Origin: Bacteroidota bacterium
GTDB taxonomy: Bacteria; Bacteroidota; Bacteroidia; Bacteroidales; UBA12481
DNA length: 64,000 nucleotides
Reading direction: 5' to 3'
Assembly (NCBI GenBank): GCA_018669475.1
Contig: JABHCC010000084.1
Coordinates: forward strand, 25,912-89,911
Position numbers and translations under genes: made by a program. A model generated the notes under the pieces. That model saw nothing but the letters and a program-made list of their open reading frames with translations. It made no database searches and was not told where the DNA came from. Positions within the stretch are counted from its first letter, which is position 1. Each line of letters starts with the position of its first letter. Shown here piece after piece: positions 26,313-35,547 of this stretch.

Positions 26313-28579
26313 TAACGACCAGGGACTATAATAGCCCTATTCTTCAAATCATATTCTTGTCCTGGTTTCAGCAAGTAGAATGGGTATGCTCCACGAGTTT
26401 GATTTACATAAGCCCGCCTGTCTCCTGAGTAAAATTTCCCATCATAAATTAGCACATAATGTTGGCCCAGAACCTTTAATGTATCCCCTTGGACTTCAAT
26501 TGCAGTATTTTCATCAAGGCCAATGCCAAGTACACCAGGGTATTTCTCAAGTGCTTCAAAGAGGTCGAATTGACGGTTGCGGGCTAACAAATGCTGGTCA
26601 ATCGCAACATTACTCATAAATCCCAGCCCATCCTCATGATCACCACATAAAATAGTATTGGTTTTAGTATCTCCCCTGAATAAATATGTTCCCTGAATAG
26701 TAGCACCGGCAGAACTGCCCCCTATCACCCCACCTCTTTCCAACACCCCTTCAAAAGCTTTATGAGTTTTGGTGTTTAAATAGGAATCTGCCAGACGCCA
26801 CTGTCTCCCTCCATTAAACCAAACTGCATTAGCCTCCAACAGTGGTTTATAAAACTCAGTACTATCGGCTTCTTTCGGATCACGGGTATGTAATACTACA
26901 CACTCTTCTACCCCATATCTGGCAAATGTTTTCGATAAGAGATCAAAATATCCTTCCCTGTTTAAACTCCTGTCCTCACCGGCGGTGGGTACAATCACAA
27001 TTTTTGCATTTTCACCTCCGGCCAGCTCAACAAATCGTGCAAATACCGTGCTGTCTCTTAATGCCCCGCCTGCAATAATCAAATGTCCTTTCTCCGGCCC
27101 CCTGACAGGTTTTTCAATTCTATTTGCCATCTCTGCTACCGCAAAACTCAGCATTACCGCCAGATCCTCCATGGTTTCAGGCCAAATGGTATTCACATCA
27201 TCCAGAGGAACATGATAATACCCCTTCCCTCCGCCTGATGAAAAACTAAGGCTTGGAATCCCTGCTTTCATAAAGACAGCTGCATCAGAGCGGGGTCGAC
27301 CCAGATTGGCATTAAATGAAGTCGACAACTGGCGGTGAACAAGTCGATTATTAGCTCTTTTAACGGCCGCAAATATCCCCGGAAAGTTTTCACCTCCTCC
27401 GGCATGCAAATTTGGTCCAACACCAACGCAATCCAGATTCAGATAGCAAAAGGTTTTACTTAGTGGAAAAGCAGGAGATTCTATATATTCCTTTGATCCC
27501 ACAAGCCCTTGTTCCTCAGCTCCCAATCCCATAAATAGCACAGATCTTTTTAGTTGCACTCCACTCTCCTTCAATAATTTTGCAATCCCCATTATCACCG
27601 CAATACCTGATGCGTTGTCCTGGGCCCCGGGACAAACCTCATAGCAAGCACCAACATGATCAAGATGTCCACCAATAATCACTACTTCATTCCTCAATTC
27701 AGGATCAGAACCAGGAAGCAGGGCTATAACAGAATTACCCTTGCCCTCAGGGTGATATTCAGTATGATTCTGCATAGCAACAATCTTATTCATAGAGAAA
27801 CTGTATGGTTTCAACTCATCCTGAATCTTTTTAACTAGCTCAGAATAATCTTTCCCTGTCCCCGAAAATAAATCTTCAACTACATCAGTCCCCACCAATG
27901 AATTTATCAGATTTTCATGATAGTCATTATTAGTATTAGCCAGAGGACCATAATGATACAGAAGTCCAACCGCTCCATGATCAATGGCATTCTGCATTTT
28001 ATACTGGTGCAAAGAATAAGGCAGCCACGGTAAAAAAAACTCAGCACCTGCTCCTGGTAAAACAGGGGCTTCAGGCCTCATCAGTACAATCTTCCCTTTT
28101 ACATCCACACCTTTATACTCATCAAAGCCCAGTTCCGGAGCACTAATACCCCAGCCCACAAAAACTACCTCTGCTTCAACAGTGCCGTTTCCAGAAGTAC
28201 TCCCTGGCATGTATTGGTCAAAATAATGATAAGCCTTCCGGATGGTATCATGCCGATTTACCGGTACCAATAACTCAAGACGGCAACCAGGCTTAACAAC
28301 TGTGTAAGCCTGATCAAACCATTGAAACCATTCACCCTTATATCCAGGCATCAGACCCATATCTTCAAAATATTCAGCCAGGTAATTTGCTACCTCCAGA
28401 TATTCAGGACTCCCAGTCAAACGTCCCTGGTATTTTTCATTAGCTAATTCTTCAACATAGCCAAATAATTCCTCTCCGGATAAGTTCAATGCTGCTTTCT
28501 TCAGCTCAGTATAATCCAATTGACCAAGCACACCAACAGCAATATTCATAACAAGCAGAAACAAAATAGTCCTTTTCAT
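26312..28579 (-). CDS. Secreted M28 peptidase (with PA domain) fused to a C-terminal cyanophycinase-like (S51) domain
   Basis: Signal peptide; M28 motifs GGHLDH, GAQDNASG, GAEEQG, NLDCVG, YYH..D; S51 motifs LIIAGG, IVPTA, GGRQ, GGSSAGA, IDQH, GLDENT. Confidence 0.88.
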   Translation of the reverse strand: MKRTILFLLVMNIAVGVLGQLDYTELKKAALNLSGEELFGYVEELANEKYQGRLTGSPEYLEVANYLAEYFEDMGLMPGYKGEWFQWFDQAYTVVKPGCRLELLVPVNRHDTIRKAYHYFDQYMPGSTSGNGTVEAEVVFVGWGISAPELGFDEYKGVDVKGKIVLMRPEAPVLPGAGAEFFLPWLPYSLHQYKMQNAIDHGAVGLLYHYGPLANTNNDYHENLINSLVGTDVVEDLFSGTGKDYSELVKKIQDELKPYSFSMNKIVAMQNHTEYHPEGKGNSVIALLPGSDPELRNEVVIIGGHLDHVGACYEVCPGAQDNASGIAVIMGIAKLLKESGVQLKRSVLFMGLGAEEQGLVGSKEYIESPAFPLSKTFCYLNLDCVGVGPNLHAGGGENFPGIFAAVKRANNRLVHRQLSTSFNANLGRPRSDAAVFMKAGIPSLSFSSGGGKGYYHVPLDDVNTIWPETMEDLAVMLSFAVAEMANRIEKPVRGPEKGHLIIAGGALRDSTVFARFVELAGGENAKIVIVPTAGEDRSLNREGYFDLLSKTFARYGVEECVVLHTRDPKEADSTEFYKPLLEANAVWFNGGRQWRLADSYLNTKTHKAFEGVLERGGVIGGSSAGATIQGTYLFRGDTKTNTILCGDHEDGLGFMSNVAIDQHLLARNRQFDLFEALEKYPGVLGIGLDENTAIEVQGDTLKVLGQHYVLIYDGKFYSGDRRAYVNQTRGAYPFYLLKPGQEYDLKNRAIIVPGR

Positions 28580-28682
28580 CCCTTTTATATTTAATTTTAT
28601 TTGTCGGATGGAGCTCGCACAACAAAAACAATCATCCGTGTGTATGTTAAAATATTTTTCCTTTTGTCATGCTCGGTTCATA
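28573..28682 (-). repeat. ~110-nt dispersed leader element, copy 1 (ends at the start codon of the M28-cyanophycinase gene)
   Basis: Reverse complement of 54575-54681 with a 51-bp identical core (28586-28636 = 54619-54669). Confidence 0.9.
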
Positions 28683-28732
28683 ATATGATAGTTTTGACAA
28701 CGAAAATACAATATTCTCACAATAGAAAACTC

Positions 28733-28913
28733 GTCCGAAGTCCGAGGTCCAAAGTCCAAAGTCCAAAGTCCCCGATTCCCGACTCCCGACTCCCAGTCCC
28801 CTTGTCCCCAGTCCCCAGTCCCCGATTCCCGATTCCCGACTCCCAGTCCCCTTGTCCCCAGTCCCCTGATTCCCGCCCCCCGATTCCCGACTCCCGACTC
28901 CCGACTCCCGATA
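28733..28913. repeat. Composite heptanucleotide tandem array (STRR-like)
   Basis: GTCCRAR x5, then CCCCAGT/CCCTTGT and AYTCCCG units, ending CCCGATA. Confidence 0.92.
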
Positions 28914-28914
28914 T

Positions 28915-28928
28915 ATGATATTTGTCAT
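28915..28928. promoter_or_regulatory. Putative Crp/Fnr-family box
   Basis: ATGAT-ATTT-GTCAT, near-palindrome with TGAT-N4-RTCA spacing, ~60 nt upstream of the oxidoreductase operon. Confidence 0.4.
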
Positions 28929-28989
28929 TTCACAACTGCCCGATTAATCTATTTTTACCAAATAAACCAGAAAATCATTGCGATAAAAC

Positions 28990-29544
28990 ATGCGCATTCA
29001 ACGAATTGATAATCAGCCAGAAATAATTTCTGAACAACAAGAAAACCCGGATCTGTCGGGTTTAAAACCTCTGATAGAAAAATACCGGAATAAAAAAGGG
29101 AATTTGATTCCTCTTCTTCAGGGCACTCAGGAGATGCTGGGTTACATACCTGAAGAAGCATTTAAAATGATTTCAGAAGGAACCGGGATTAATTTAAGTG
29201 ACATGTACGGTGTAGCTACATTTTATTCTCAATTCAGGCTCCATCCGGTAGGTAAAAACATTATTAAAGTATGTCATGGTACGGCGTGTCATGTTCAAAA
29301 TGCCTCGGTGATTACAGATGCCCTTGAGGAAACCCTGAAAGTGTGTGACGGTGAAACCACTGAAGATGGATTATTCACACTTGAATCAGTTGCATGTCTG
29401 GGTTGTTGTTCACTTGCTCCTGTGATGATGATTGGTGATGAAACCTATGGTAAACTCACTTCAAAATCGGCAGTGAAAGTGATCAGGGAAATCAGAATTC
29501 AAGAAAAGAAAGAACAAGCAGAATCCTCAATAAAGAAGGACTAA
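28990..29544 (+). CDS. HydC/NuoE-like 2Fe-2S subunit (StnA-like)
   Basis: LIPLLQ..Q...GY, VATFY.QF, CHGTAC, CLGCC.LAP. Confidence 0.92.
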   Translation: MRIQRIDNQPEIISEQQENPDLSGLKPLIEKYRNKKGNLIPLLQGTQEMLGYIPEEAFKMISEGTGINLSDMYGVATFYSQFRLHPVGKNIIKVCHGTACHVQNASVITDALEETLKVCDGETTEDGLFTLESVACLGCCSLAPVMMIGDETYGKLTSKSAVKVIREIRIQEKKEQAESSIKKD

Positions 29545-29546
29545 AG

Positions 29547-31325
29547 ATGGAAACTACCAAAGTAATTGTAGGACTTGGAAGCTGCGGAATAGCTGCTGGT
29601 GGAAACAAAGTCTATAATAAGATCAAGGAAATGAAGGAGCTCGAGAATATTGATTTTATTCTTGACAAAACCTCATGTGTTGGCATGTGCTTTCGGGAAC
29701 CTCTGGTTGAAATTATTGATGAAACCGGTGCCTATTTATACGGTGATATTGATGAGAAGAAAGCCATAGAGATTATTGATCAGCATGTTCAGAAACTTAC
29801 CCCGGTCAAAGAATATATTGTTCACAGTGATCTGTATGAAACACGCGATGACAATTTTTTCAAAGGACAGGTAAAAATTGCTTTACGGGATTGTGGATTC
29901 ATTAATCCTGAGAATCTTGATGAATATGAAGCTCGTAATGGATATGTTGCCCTGAAAAATATTGCCGAAAAAGGAATTTCACAGGAAGATATTATTCAGA
30001 ATGTACTCGACTCAGGCCTTAGAGGACGTGGTGGAGGAGGCTTCCCTACCGGATTGAAATGGCGCTTTGCTTTAAATAGTGAGGCAGATGAGAAATATGT
30101 GATATGTAATGCAGATGAGGGTGATCCCGGTGCATTTATGGATCGTTCCCTGCTTGAAGGTGATCCTCATGCCGTAATTGAAGGTATGATCATTGCTGCT
30201 TTTGCTATTGGTGCAACAGGAGGAGTTATCTACTGCCGTGCTGAGTACCCGCTGGCCATTGATCGACTGAACATTGCACTAGAGCAGGCCCGTAAGGCAG
30301 GCTACCTGGGTTCTGACATTCTCGGTATCACTGGATTTAATCTTGACATATACGTAAAAGAAGGCGCCGGAGCCTTTGTTTGTGGTGAAGAAACTGCCCT
30401 TATGGCCTCGGTTGAAGGTAAAAGAGGAATGCCAAATAAAAGACCCCCTTTCCCTGCCGAGGCAGGCTTGTGGGGCAAACCAACAAATATTAACAACGTT
30501 GAGACTTTTGCAAATATTCCCTGGATAATTGTTAATGGACCTGATGCTTATGCTGCTTATGGAACTGAAAAATCCAAAGGAACAAAAGTGTTTGCTCTAA
30601 CAGGTAAAATAAAAAATGGCGGACTGGTTGAGGTCCCAATGGGTATTACCATCCGGGAGGTTATCTTTAATTTGGGAGGTGGTATTCAAGATGATAAGCG
30701 ATTTAAAGCTGTACAGCTGGGAGGCCCATCAGGAGGATGCATCCCTGAACACCTGATTGATACACCTATTGATTATGATTCGGTCAATGCTACCGGAGCA
30801 ATCATGGGATCAGGAGGAATGGTGGTGATGGATGAGACTACATGCATGGTGGACATGGCCAGATTTTTTCTCGATTTTACTCAGAAAGAATCTTGTGGTA
30901 AATGCACTTTCTGCCGGATCGGTACCAAGCGGATGCTTGAAATACTGACTCGTATTTGTAACGCAGAAGGAGAAGAAGGAGATATAGAGAAATTAGAAGA
31001 ACTTGCATATCACATTAAGGACGCTTCCTTATGCGGCTTAGGCCAAACGGCACCTAATCCTGTACTGACAACAATAAGATATTTCAGAGATGAGTATGAA
31101 GCTCATATCCGAGACAAGAAGTGTCCGGCGAAAAGCTGTAAAAAACTTCTTACCTACGAAGTGATACCCGAGATGTGTACCGGATGTACTGTTTGCGCAA
31201 AAAATTGCCCGGTTGATACTATCAGAGGAGCAAGAAAGGAATTGCATTTTATCGAGCAGGATAAATGCACCCATTGTGGAGTGTGCTTTAGCAAATGTAA
31301 GTTTGACGCAATCAGAGTGTATTAA
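29547..31325 (+). CDS. HydB/NuoF-like FMN/NADH subunit of an electron-bifurcating complex (StnB-like)
   Basis: N-terminal SCG..CVGMC 2Fe-2S, GRGGGGFP, NADEGDPGAFMDR, CGEETAL, SCGKCTFCR, H..KKCPAKSC, two C-terminal CxxCxxCxxxC 4Fe-4S motifs. Confidence 0.92.
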   Translation: METTKVIVGLGSCGIAAGGNKVYNKIKEMKELENIDFILDKTSCVGMCFREPLVEIIDETGAYLYGDIDEKKAIEIIDQHVQKLTPVKEYIVHSDLYETRDDNFFKGQVKIALRDCGFINPENLDEYEARNGYVALKNIAEKGISQEDIIQNVLDSGLRGRGGGGFPTGLKWRFALNSEADEKYVICNADEGDPGAFMDRSLLEGDPHAVIEGMIIAAFAIGATGGVIYCRAEYPLAIDRLNIALEQARKAGYLGSDILGITGFNLDIYVKEGAGAFVCGEETALMASVEGKRGMPNKRPPFPAEAGLWGKPTNINNVETFANIPWIIVNGPDAYAAYGTEKSKGTKVFALTGKIKNGGLVEVPMGITIREVIFNLGGGIQDDKRFKAVQLGGPSGGCIPEHLIDTPIDYDSVNATGAIMGSGGMVVMDETTCMVDMARFFLDFTQKESCGKCTFCRIGTKRMLEILTRICNAEGEEGDIEKLEELAYHIKDASLCGLGQTAPNPVLTTIRYFRDEYEAHIRDKKCPAKSCKKLLTYEVIPEMCTGCTVCAKNCPVDTIRGARKELHFIEQDKCTHCGVCFSKCKFDAIRVY

Positions 31326-31355
31326 TCCACTTGCAAATCTTGAAAACTAAGAAAA

Positions 31356-34300
31356 ATGAACGATCTGAATATCATCATAAACGGGAAAAAATACGAAGGC
31401 AAAGCCGGTGAAACAGTTTTGGCCTGTGCAAAAAAGCAAGGTATTTCTATTCCCACCCTTTGTAATGACCCTAGATTAGAACCATATTCATCCTGCTTTG
31501 TTTGTGTGGTTGAAATTGACGGCATGAAAGGACTACAACCTGCATGCAGCACCATTATCCGGGAGGGTATGCTTATTGAAACTGAAAACGAAAAAGTACG
31601 AGCTTCCAGAAAAAATGCCCTTGACCTGATAGCAAGTAATCATTATGCCGATTGTGTTGCTCCATGTAAAACAACCTGTCCTGCAGGTGTGGATGTGCAA
31701 GGCTATATCTCGCTGATCGAAAAAGAAATGTACTCTGATGCAGTTGCACTGATAAAGGAAGTTAATCCACTTCCAGCAATTTGCGGACGTGTTTGTGTTC
31801 GTCCTTGTGAGGTAGCTTGTCGTAGAAATCTGATGGATGAGGAAGCCGGAGTAGGAATTGATTATCTCAAACGTTTTGCTGCTGATTATGATTTGAACAG
31901 TCCTGACAAATATAGCCCCGAAACTGAACCTTCTACCGGAAAAAAAGTTGCGGTAATTGGTGCCGGACCTGGAGGTTTGTCAGTTGCATGGTTCTTGCAA
32001 CTTAAAGGCCATCAGGTAGAAGTATTTGAGGCAAGTCCTAAACCAGGAGGGATGTTGCGATATGGAATTCCACCGTATCGTTTGCCTAATGAACTTATTG
32101 ATCAGGAAGTTGCCTGCATTACTGAGTTGGGTGCCAATATCCATTATCAGAAGAAATTAGGTGAAGACCTTAGCTATGAGCAAATCACAAAGGATTTTGA
32201 TGCAACTGTTCTGACTATCGGTTCACAAAAAGGTACTGGAGTTGGTTGTACAGGGGATGATGCCGGTAATGTATTTAGCGGGATTGATTTCCTCAGGAAT
32301 ATTGCGATGACAAGTCAGAAACCTGATTTTAGCGGGAAAACTGTCGCAGTGATTGGCGGCGGAAATACGGCCATGGACTGTTGCCGAACAGCAATGCGTC
32401 TGGGAGCGAAAAAAACTTATGTGGTATACAGGAGAACCGAAAAGGAAATGCCTGCAAACCCAATTGAGATTCATGAATCCAAAGAAGAAGGAATCGAGTA
32501 CTTATTCCTGAATAACCCTGTTGAAATTCACAAAAATCAGGAAGGAAATATTGAATCAATGACCCTGATAAAAATGCGATTGGGGGAACCTGATGCATCA
32601 GGAAGACGACGTCCGGTTCCAATTGAAAATTCTGAGTATCAGTTGAACTTAGATTACGTTCTGGCTGCAATTGGACAAAAGACCCAGACTGAATTTATTG
32701 ATAACATAAATGATTTTACTGTTGAAGGTGAACTAAAAGTTAATCGCTGGGGTGATCTTGATGCTGATAAAAAAACTCTGCAAACTGGAATTCCATCAGT
32801 TTTTGCTGCAGGAGATGGTGTTACAGGACCAGCAACCCTTATTGAAGCCATTGCCCAGGCAAAAATAGCTTCACATAGCTGTCATCAATACCTGAGTGGC
32901 CAAAGCATCAAAACTGTGAAAGCTGAGTTCCTCTCAAAGAAAGATAATTTCAAGAAACAAGATCCGGCTGATTTTGTTGACAGTTTCGGAAAACAGTTCA
33001 GGAAAGAAATGCCTCTGATTCCGCCAACAGAACGTGAAAACTTCAATGAGGTTGAGCTGGGATATTCTGAAGAGCAGGCTCTTTCTGAAACAGCAAGATG
33101 TCTGGAATGCGGATGCTCCGAATATTTCAGTTGCGACCTGAAGCAACTTTGTGATGAATATGAGGCTGATCAGACAAAATATTCTGGTGGATTTCAAAGT
33201 TATGAAGTGCGATTTGACCATCCATATATTGAAATAGACAGCAATAAATGTATTCTTTGCAGCAGATGTGTTCGTATATGTCAAGACGTAGTTGGGGCAA
33301 GTGCTTTAGGCTTAATCAACAGAGGATTTGACACTTACGTCGCCCCAAGCATGGGTGAATCGTTGAAAGACGGTACTTGTGAATCATGTGGACTTTGCAT
33401 TTCTGCTTGTCCTACAGGGGCTATTACAGAAAACGTAACATTTAAACCTGGTCCGGTAAAACTAGAAAGTGCAAAAACCATTTGCACCTATTGCTCTGTG
33501 GGTTGCACTCTTGAAGTCAATACTCATAATGAATATGTATGGTCGATGACGGGTGCTGAGGGAATGATTAATACAGATGCCAACCTTTGTCGCTCTGGAA
33601 AATTCGGCTACAACTTCAGAAATCGTAAAGATCGGATTACCAAGCCTTTATTAAAGGGGAAGAATGGATTTGAAGAGATCAGTTTTAAGGAGGCATTTTC
33701 TCTGATTAAGGAAAAGGTTAAACAGGTTCAACCCGATCAAAACCTTATCATGGCAGGTGCACGCTTAAGTAATGAAGAACTTTATCTCAGTCAGAAATTA
33801 GCAAAAACAGCTATTAAAACGGAAGGATTATCCAGCTTCCATTATCTGGGTCGTAGCCCGGGATACGAGATAGCATCTGACAATAATGTTCCTTTCTCTG
33901 AATTAGACTATGCCAGTCGTATATATCTTTTTGGTAGCGAAATTCATGAAGACAATCCTGTAGCAGGTTTCATGGTAAACGATGCTAAAAACAAAAATAA
34001 AATCCCAATCACATATATCAGCCTGCTGGAACAAAGCAAGCTACATCAGAAAGTTGATGAGATTTGTCTGCTTGACTCCTATTACTCTTTCCTTAAAGCT
34101 GTCAATTACTATTTGCTTGACAATGGGATGGAGAATGGATTATTCATCAGGGATCATGTTCAGGGATTTGAAGATTATAAGACTTCCTTATTACAAGAAA
34201 ATTACAACAACCTGGTGTCTTTATCCGGCAGGTCTGAAATTGAAATTGAATCTTTTGCCAAACAATATAATCAAGAACAAAATGCGATTGTTATCTTTTC

Positions 34301-34970
34301 AGATAAAGACATTACCAGTTCTGAGATTATCGAATTAAGGAACTTGTCTGTTCTGACAGGAAAACTAGGTAAAACCGCCAGTGGATTAATTTGTCTGAGA
34401 GAAAAGAATAACTCACAGGGCTTAATTGACATGGGTATTCAGAAGAGTACAGATCCCATGGCTAATCTTCAAGCCGGCAATATCAGGAATTTATTCATAT
34501 TCGGAGAAGATCCGGCAGGATGTGCTCTCGAAAATAAAGAGGTAGTTAAATGGTTGGATAGTACTAGCTTTATTGTTGCTCAGGATTATTTCCATTCTGC
34601 AACAACGACAATGGCCGACCTTATTCTACCAGGATCACTTCCCGGTGAATTCAGAGGCAGTTTTACCAATACGCAGAAAATGATACAGGTTTTTGAACAG
34701 AACGTGAAATCACCCCTTGAAATGTCATTTGCCGTACAGATAATTGAATTACTGAAAGAGTTTGGCGTGAATGGTCTCGAGGATGAAAACGATGCCCATA
34801 ATGAAGCCCTCCAATATGTTTCAAAAGCTGATGAGAAAACTCCCATCACCTTAAATAACAGCCTTGAAGAGCAATATTCTGCATTATTTAGTCATGGTTG
34901 TGATTTATTGACTAGATTGTTCAATGAATCTTTTGAAAAAGCATTTGGCGTAATATCTAATAATGAATGA
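31356..34970 (+). CDS. StnC/NfnA-like large subunit: NuoG-type Fe-S + GltD-like FAD/NADPH domain + molybdopterin-oxidoreductase-like domain
   Basis: C..C..C 2Fe-2S, APCKTTCP, GAGPGG, GGGNTAMD + YRR, CILCSRCVRIC, CESCGLCISACP, CTYCSVGC; no FDH-type Cys/Sec Mo ligand recognised. Confidence 0.82.
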   Translation: MNDLNIIINGKKYEGKAGETVLACAKKQGISIPTLCNDPRLEPYSSCFVCVVEIDGMKGLQPACSTIIREGMLIETENEKVRASRKNALDLIASNHYADCVAPCKTTCPAGVDVQGYISLIEKEMYSDAVALIKEVNPLPAICGRVCVRPCEVACRRNLMDEEAGVGIDYLKRFAADYDLNSPDKYSPETEPSTGKKVAVIGAGPGGLSVAWFLQLKGHQVEVFEASPKPGGMLRYGIPPYRLPNELIDQEVACITELGANIHYQKKLGEDLSYEQITKDFDATVLTIGSQKGTGVGCTGDDAGNVFSGIDFLRNIAMTSQKPDFSGKTVAVIGGGNTAMDCCRTAMRLGAKKTYVVYRRTEKEMPANPIEIHESKEEGIEYLFLNNPVEIHKNQEGNIESMTLIKMRLGEPDASGRRRPVPIENSEYQLNLDYVLAAIGQKTQTEFIDNINDFTVEGELKVNRWGDLDADKKTLQTGIPSVFAAGDGVTGPATLIEAIAQAKIASHSCHQYLSGQSIKTVKAEFLSKKDNFKKQDPADFVDSFGKQFRKEMPLIPPTERENFNEVELGYSEEQALSETARCLECGCSEYFSCDLKQLCDEYEADQTKYSGGFQSYEVRFDHPYIEIDSNKCILCSRCVRICQDVVGASALGLINRGFDTYVAPSMGESLKDGTCESCGLCISACPTGAITENVTFKPGPVKLESAKTICTYCSVGCTLEVNTHNEYVWSMTGAEGMINTDANLCRSGKFGYNFRNRKDRITKPLLKGKNGFEEISFKEAFSLIKEKVKQVQPDQNLIMAGARLSNEELYLSQKLAKTAIKTEGLSSFHYLGRSPGYEIASDNNVPFSELDYASRIYLFGSEIHEDNPVAGFMVNDAKNKNKIPITYISLLEQSKLHQKVDEICLLDSYYSFLKAVNYYLLDNGMENGLFIRDHVQGFEDYKTSLLQENYNNLVSLSGRSEIEIESFAKQYNQEQNAIVIFSDKDITSSEIIELRNLSVLTGKLGKTASGLICLREKNNSQGLIDMGIQKSTDPMANLQAGNIRNLFIFGEDPAGCALENKEVVKWLDSTSFIVAQDYFHSATTTMADLILPGSLPGEFRGSFTNTQKMIQVFEQNVKSPLEMSFAVQIIELLKEFGVNGLEDENDAHNEALQYVSKADEKTPITLNNSLEEQYSALFSHGCDLLTRLFNESFEKAFGVISNNE

Positions 34971-35428
34971 TCATGAAAGAGTTTAAAAATATTAACGAAA
35001 TTCTCGATTTCGCCATGGCTAGCGAACAAAGGGCAATCGATTTGTACAGTAATCTGGCTGAAAAGTCTGGCATTCAGGAGATGCGCGACACATTTATTAG
35101 CTTTGCAAAAGAGGAGATGAAACATAAGGCTCAACTGGTTAAGATAAAAAGGGAAGGATTCTTTGAACATGGTAGCGAAAAGGTGACTGACATGAAGATT
35201 GCCGATTACACTGCCGATGTTAAACCCACAGAGAATATGCTTTATCATGAAGCTCTCATTTTAGCAATGAGTCAGGAGAAAGCAGCTTTCAAACTATATT
35301 CAACACTGGCTGACCGTGCACCGAACCAGGACTTGAAGAATCTTTTCTTATCTCTTGCTCAGGAAGAAGCAAAACATAAGCTTCGCTTCGAGATAGAATA
35401 TGATGAGTATGTATTGAGAGACAATTAA
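34967..35428 (+). CDS. Ferritin-like / rubrerythrin-family di-iron protein
   Basis: Duplicated E...Y...EExxH motifs (EEMKH, EEAKH); no rubredoxin domain. Confidence 0.85.
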   Translation: MIMKEFKNINEILDFAMASEQRAIDLYSNLAEKSGIQEMRDTFISFAKEEMKHKAQLVKIKREGFFEHGSEKVTDMKIADYTADVKPTENMLYHEALILAMSQEKAAFKLYSTLADRAPNQDLKNLFLSLAQEEAKHKLRFEIEYDEYVLRDN

Positions 35429-35547
35429 GTAAATTCTTAATCTCTATAATTCTGTAATAGAGCTTGGTGATTTTCATTCCAGGCCAAACAAGATATTTTG
35501 TTTAAGACCGTTATCTTAGTAATTTTGTGCGTTTTGATATTCGGACT

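Noticed and set aside
28733-28913. CRISPR array (also considered for 14401, 45387 and 59483)
   Set aside because: Units are 7-11 nt in tandem with no unique spacers, and there are no cas genes in the window.
28601-28928. ORFs 28601..28918 (+) and 28647..28928 (-); likewise 14447..14644, 45260..45607 and 59426..59656
   Set aside because: Their low-complexity peptides (SPIPDSR, GSRESG, FPGPFPD, VRGPGS) are translations of the repeat arrays.
31356-34970. Formate dehydrogenase, [FeFe]-hydrogenase, complex I NuoG, or selenocysteine recoding
   Set aside because: No H-cluster motifs, no RxC/UH Mo-ligand motif, no in-frame TGA, and no membrane nuo genes adjacent.
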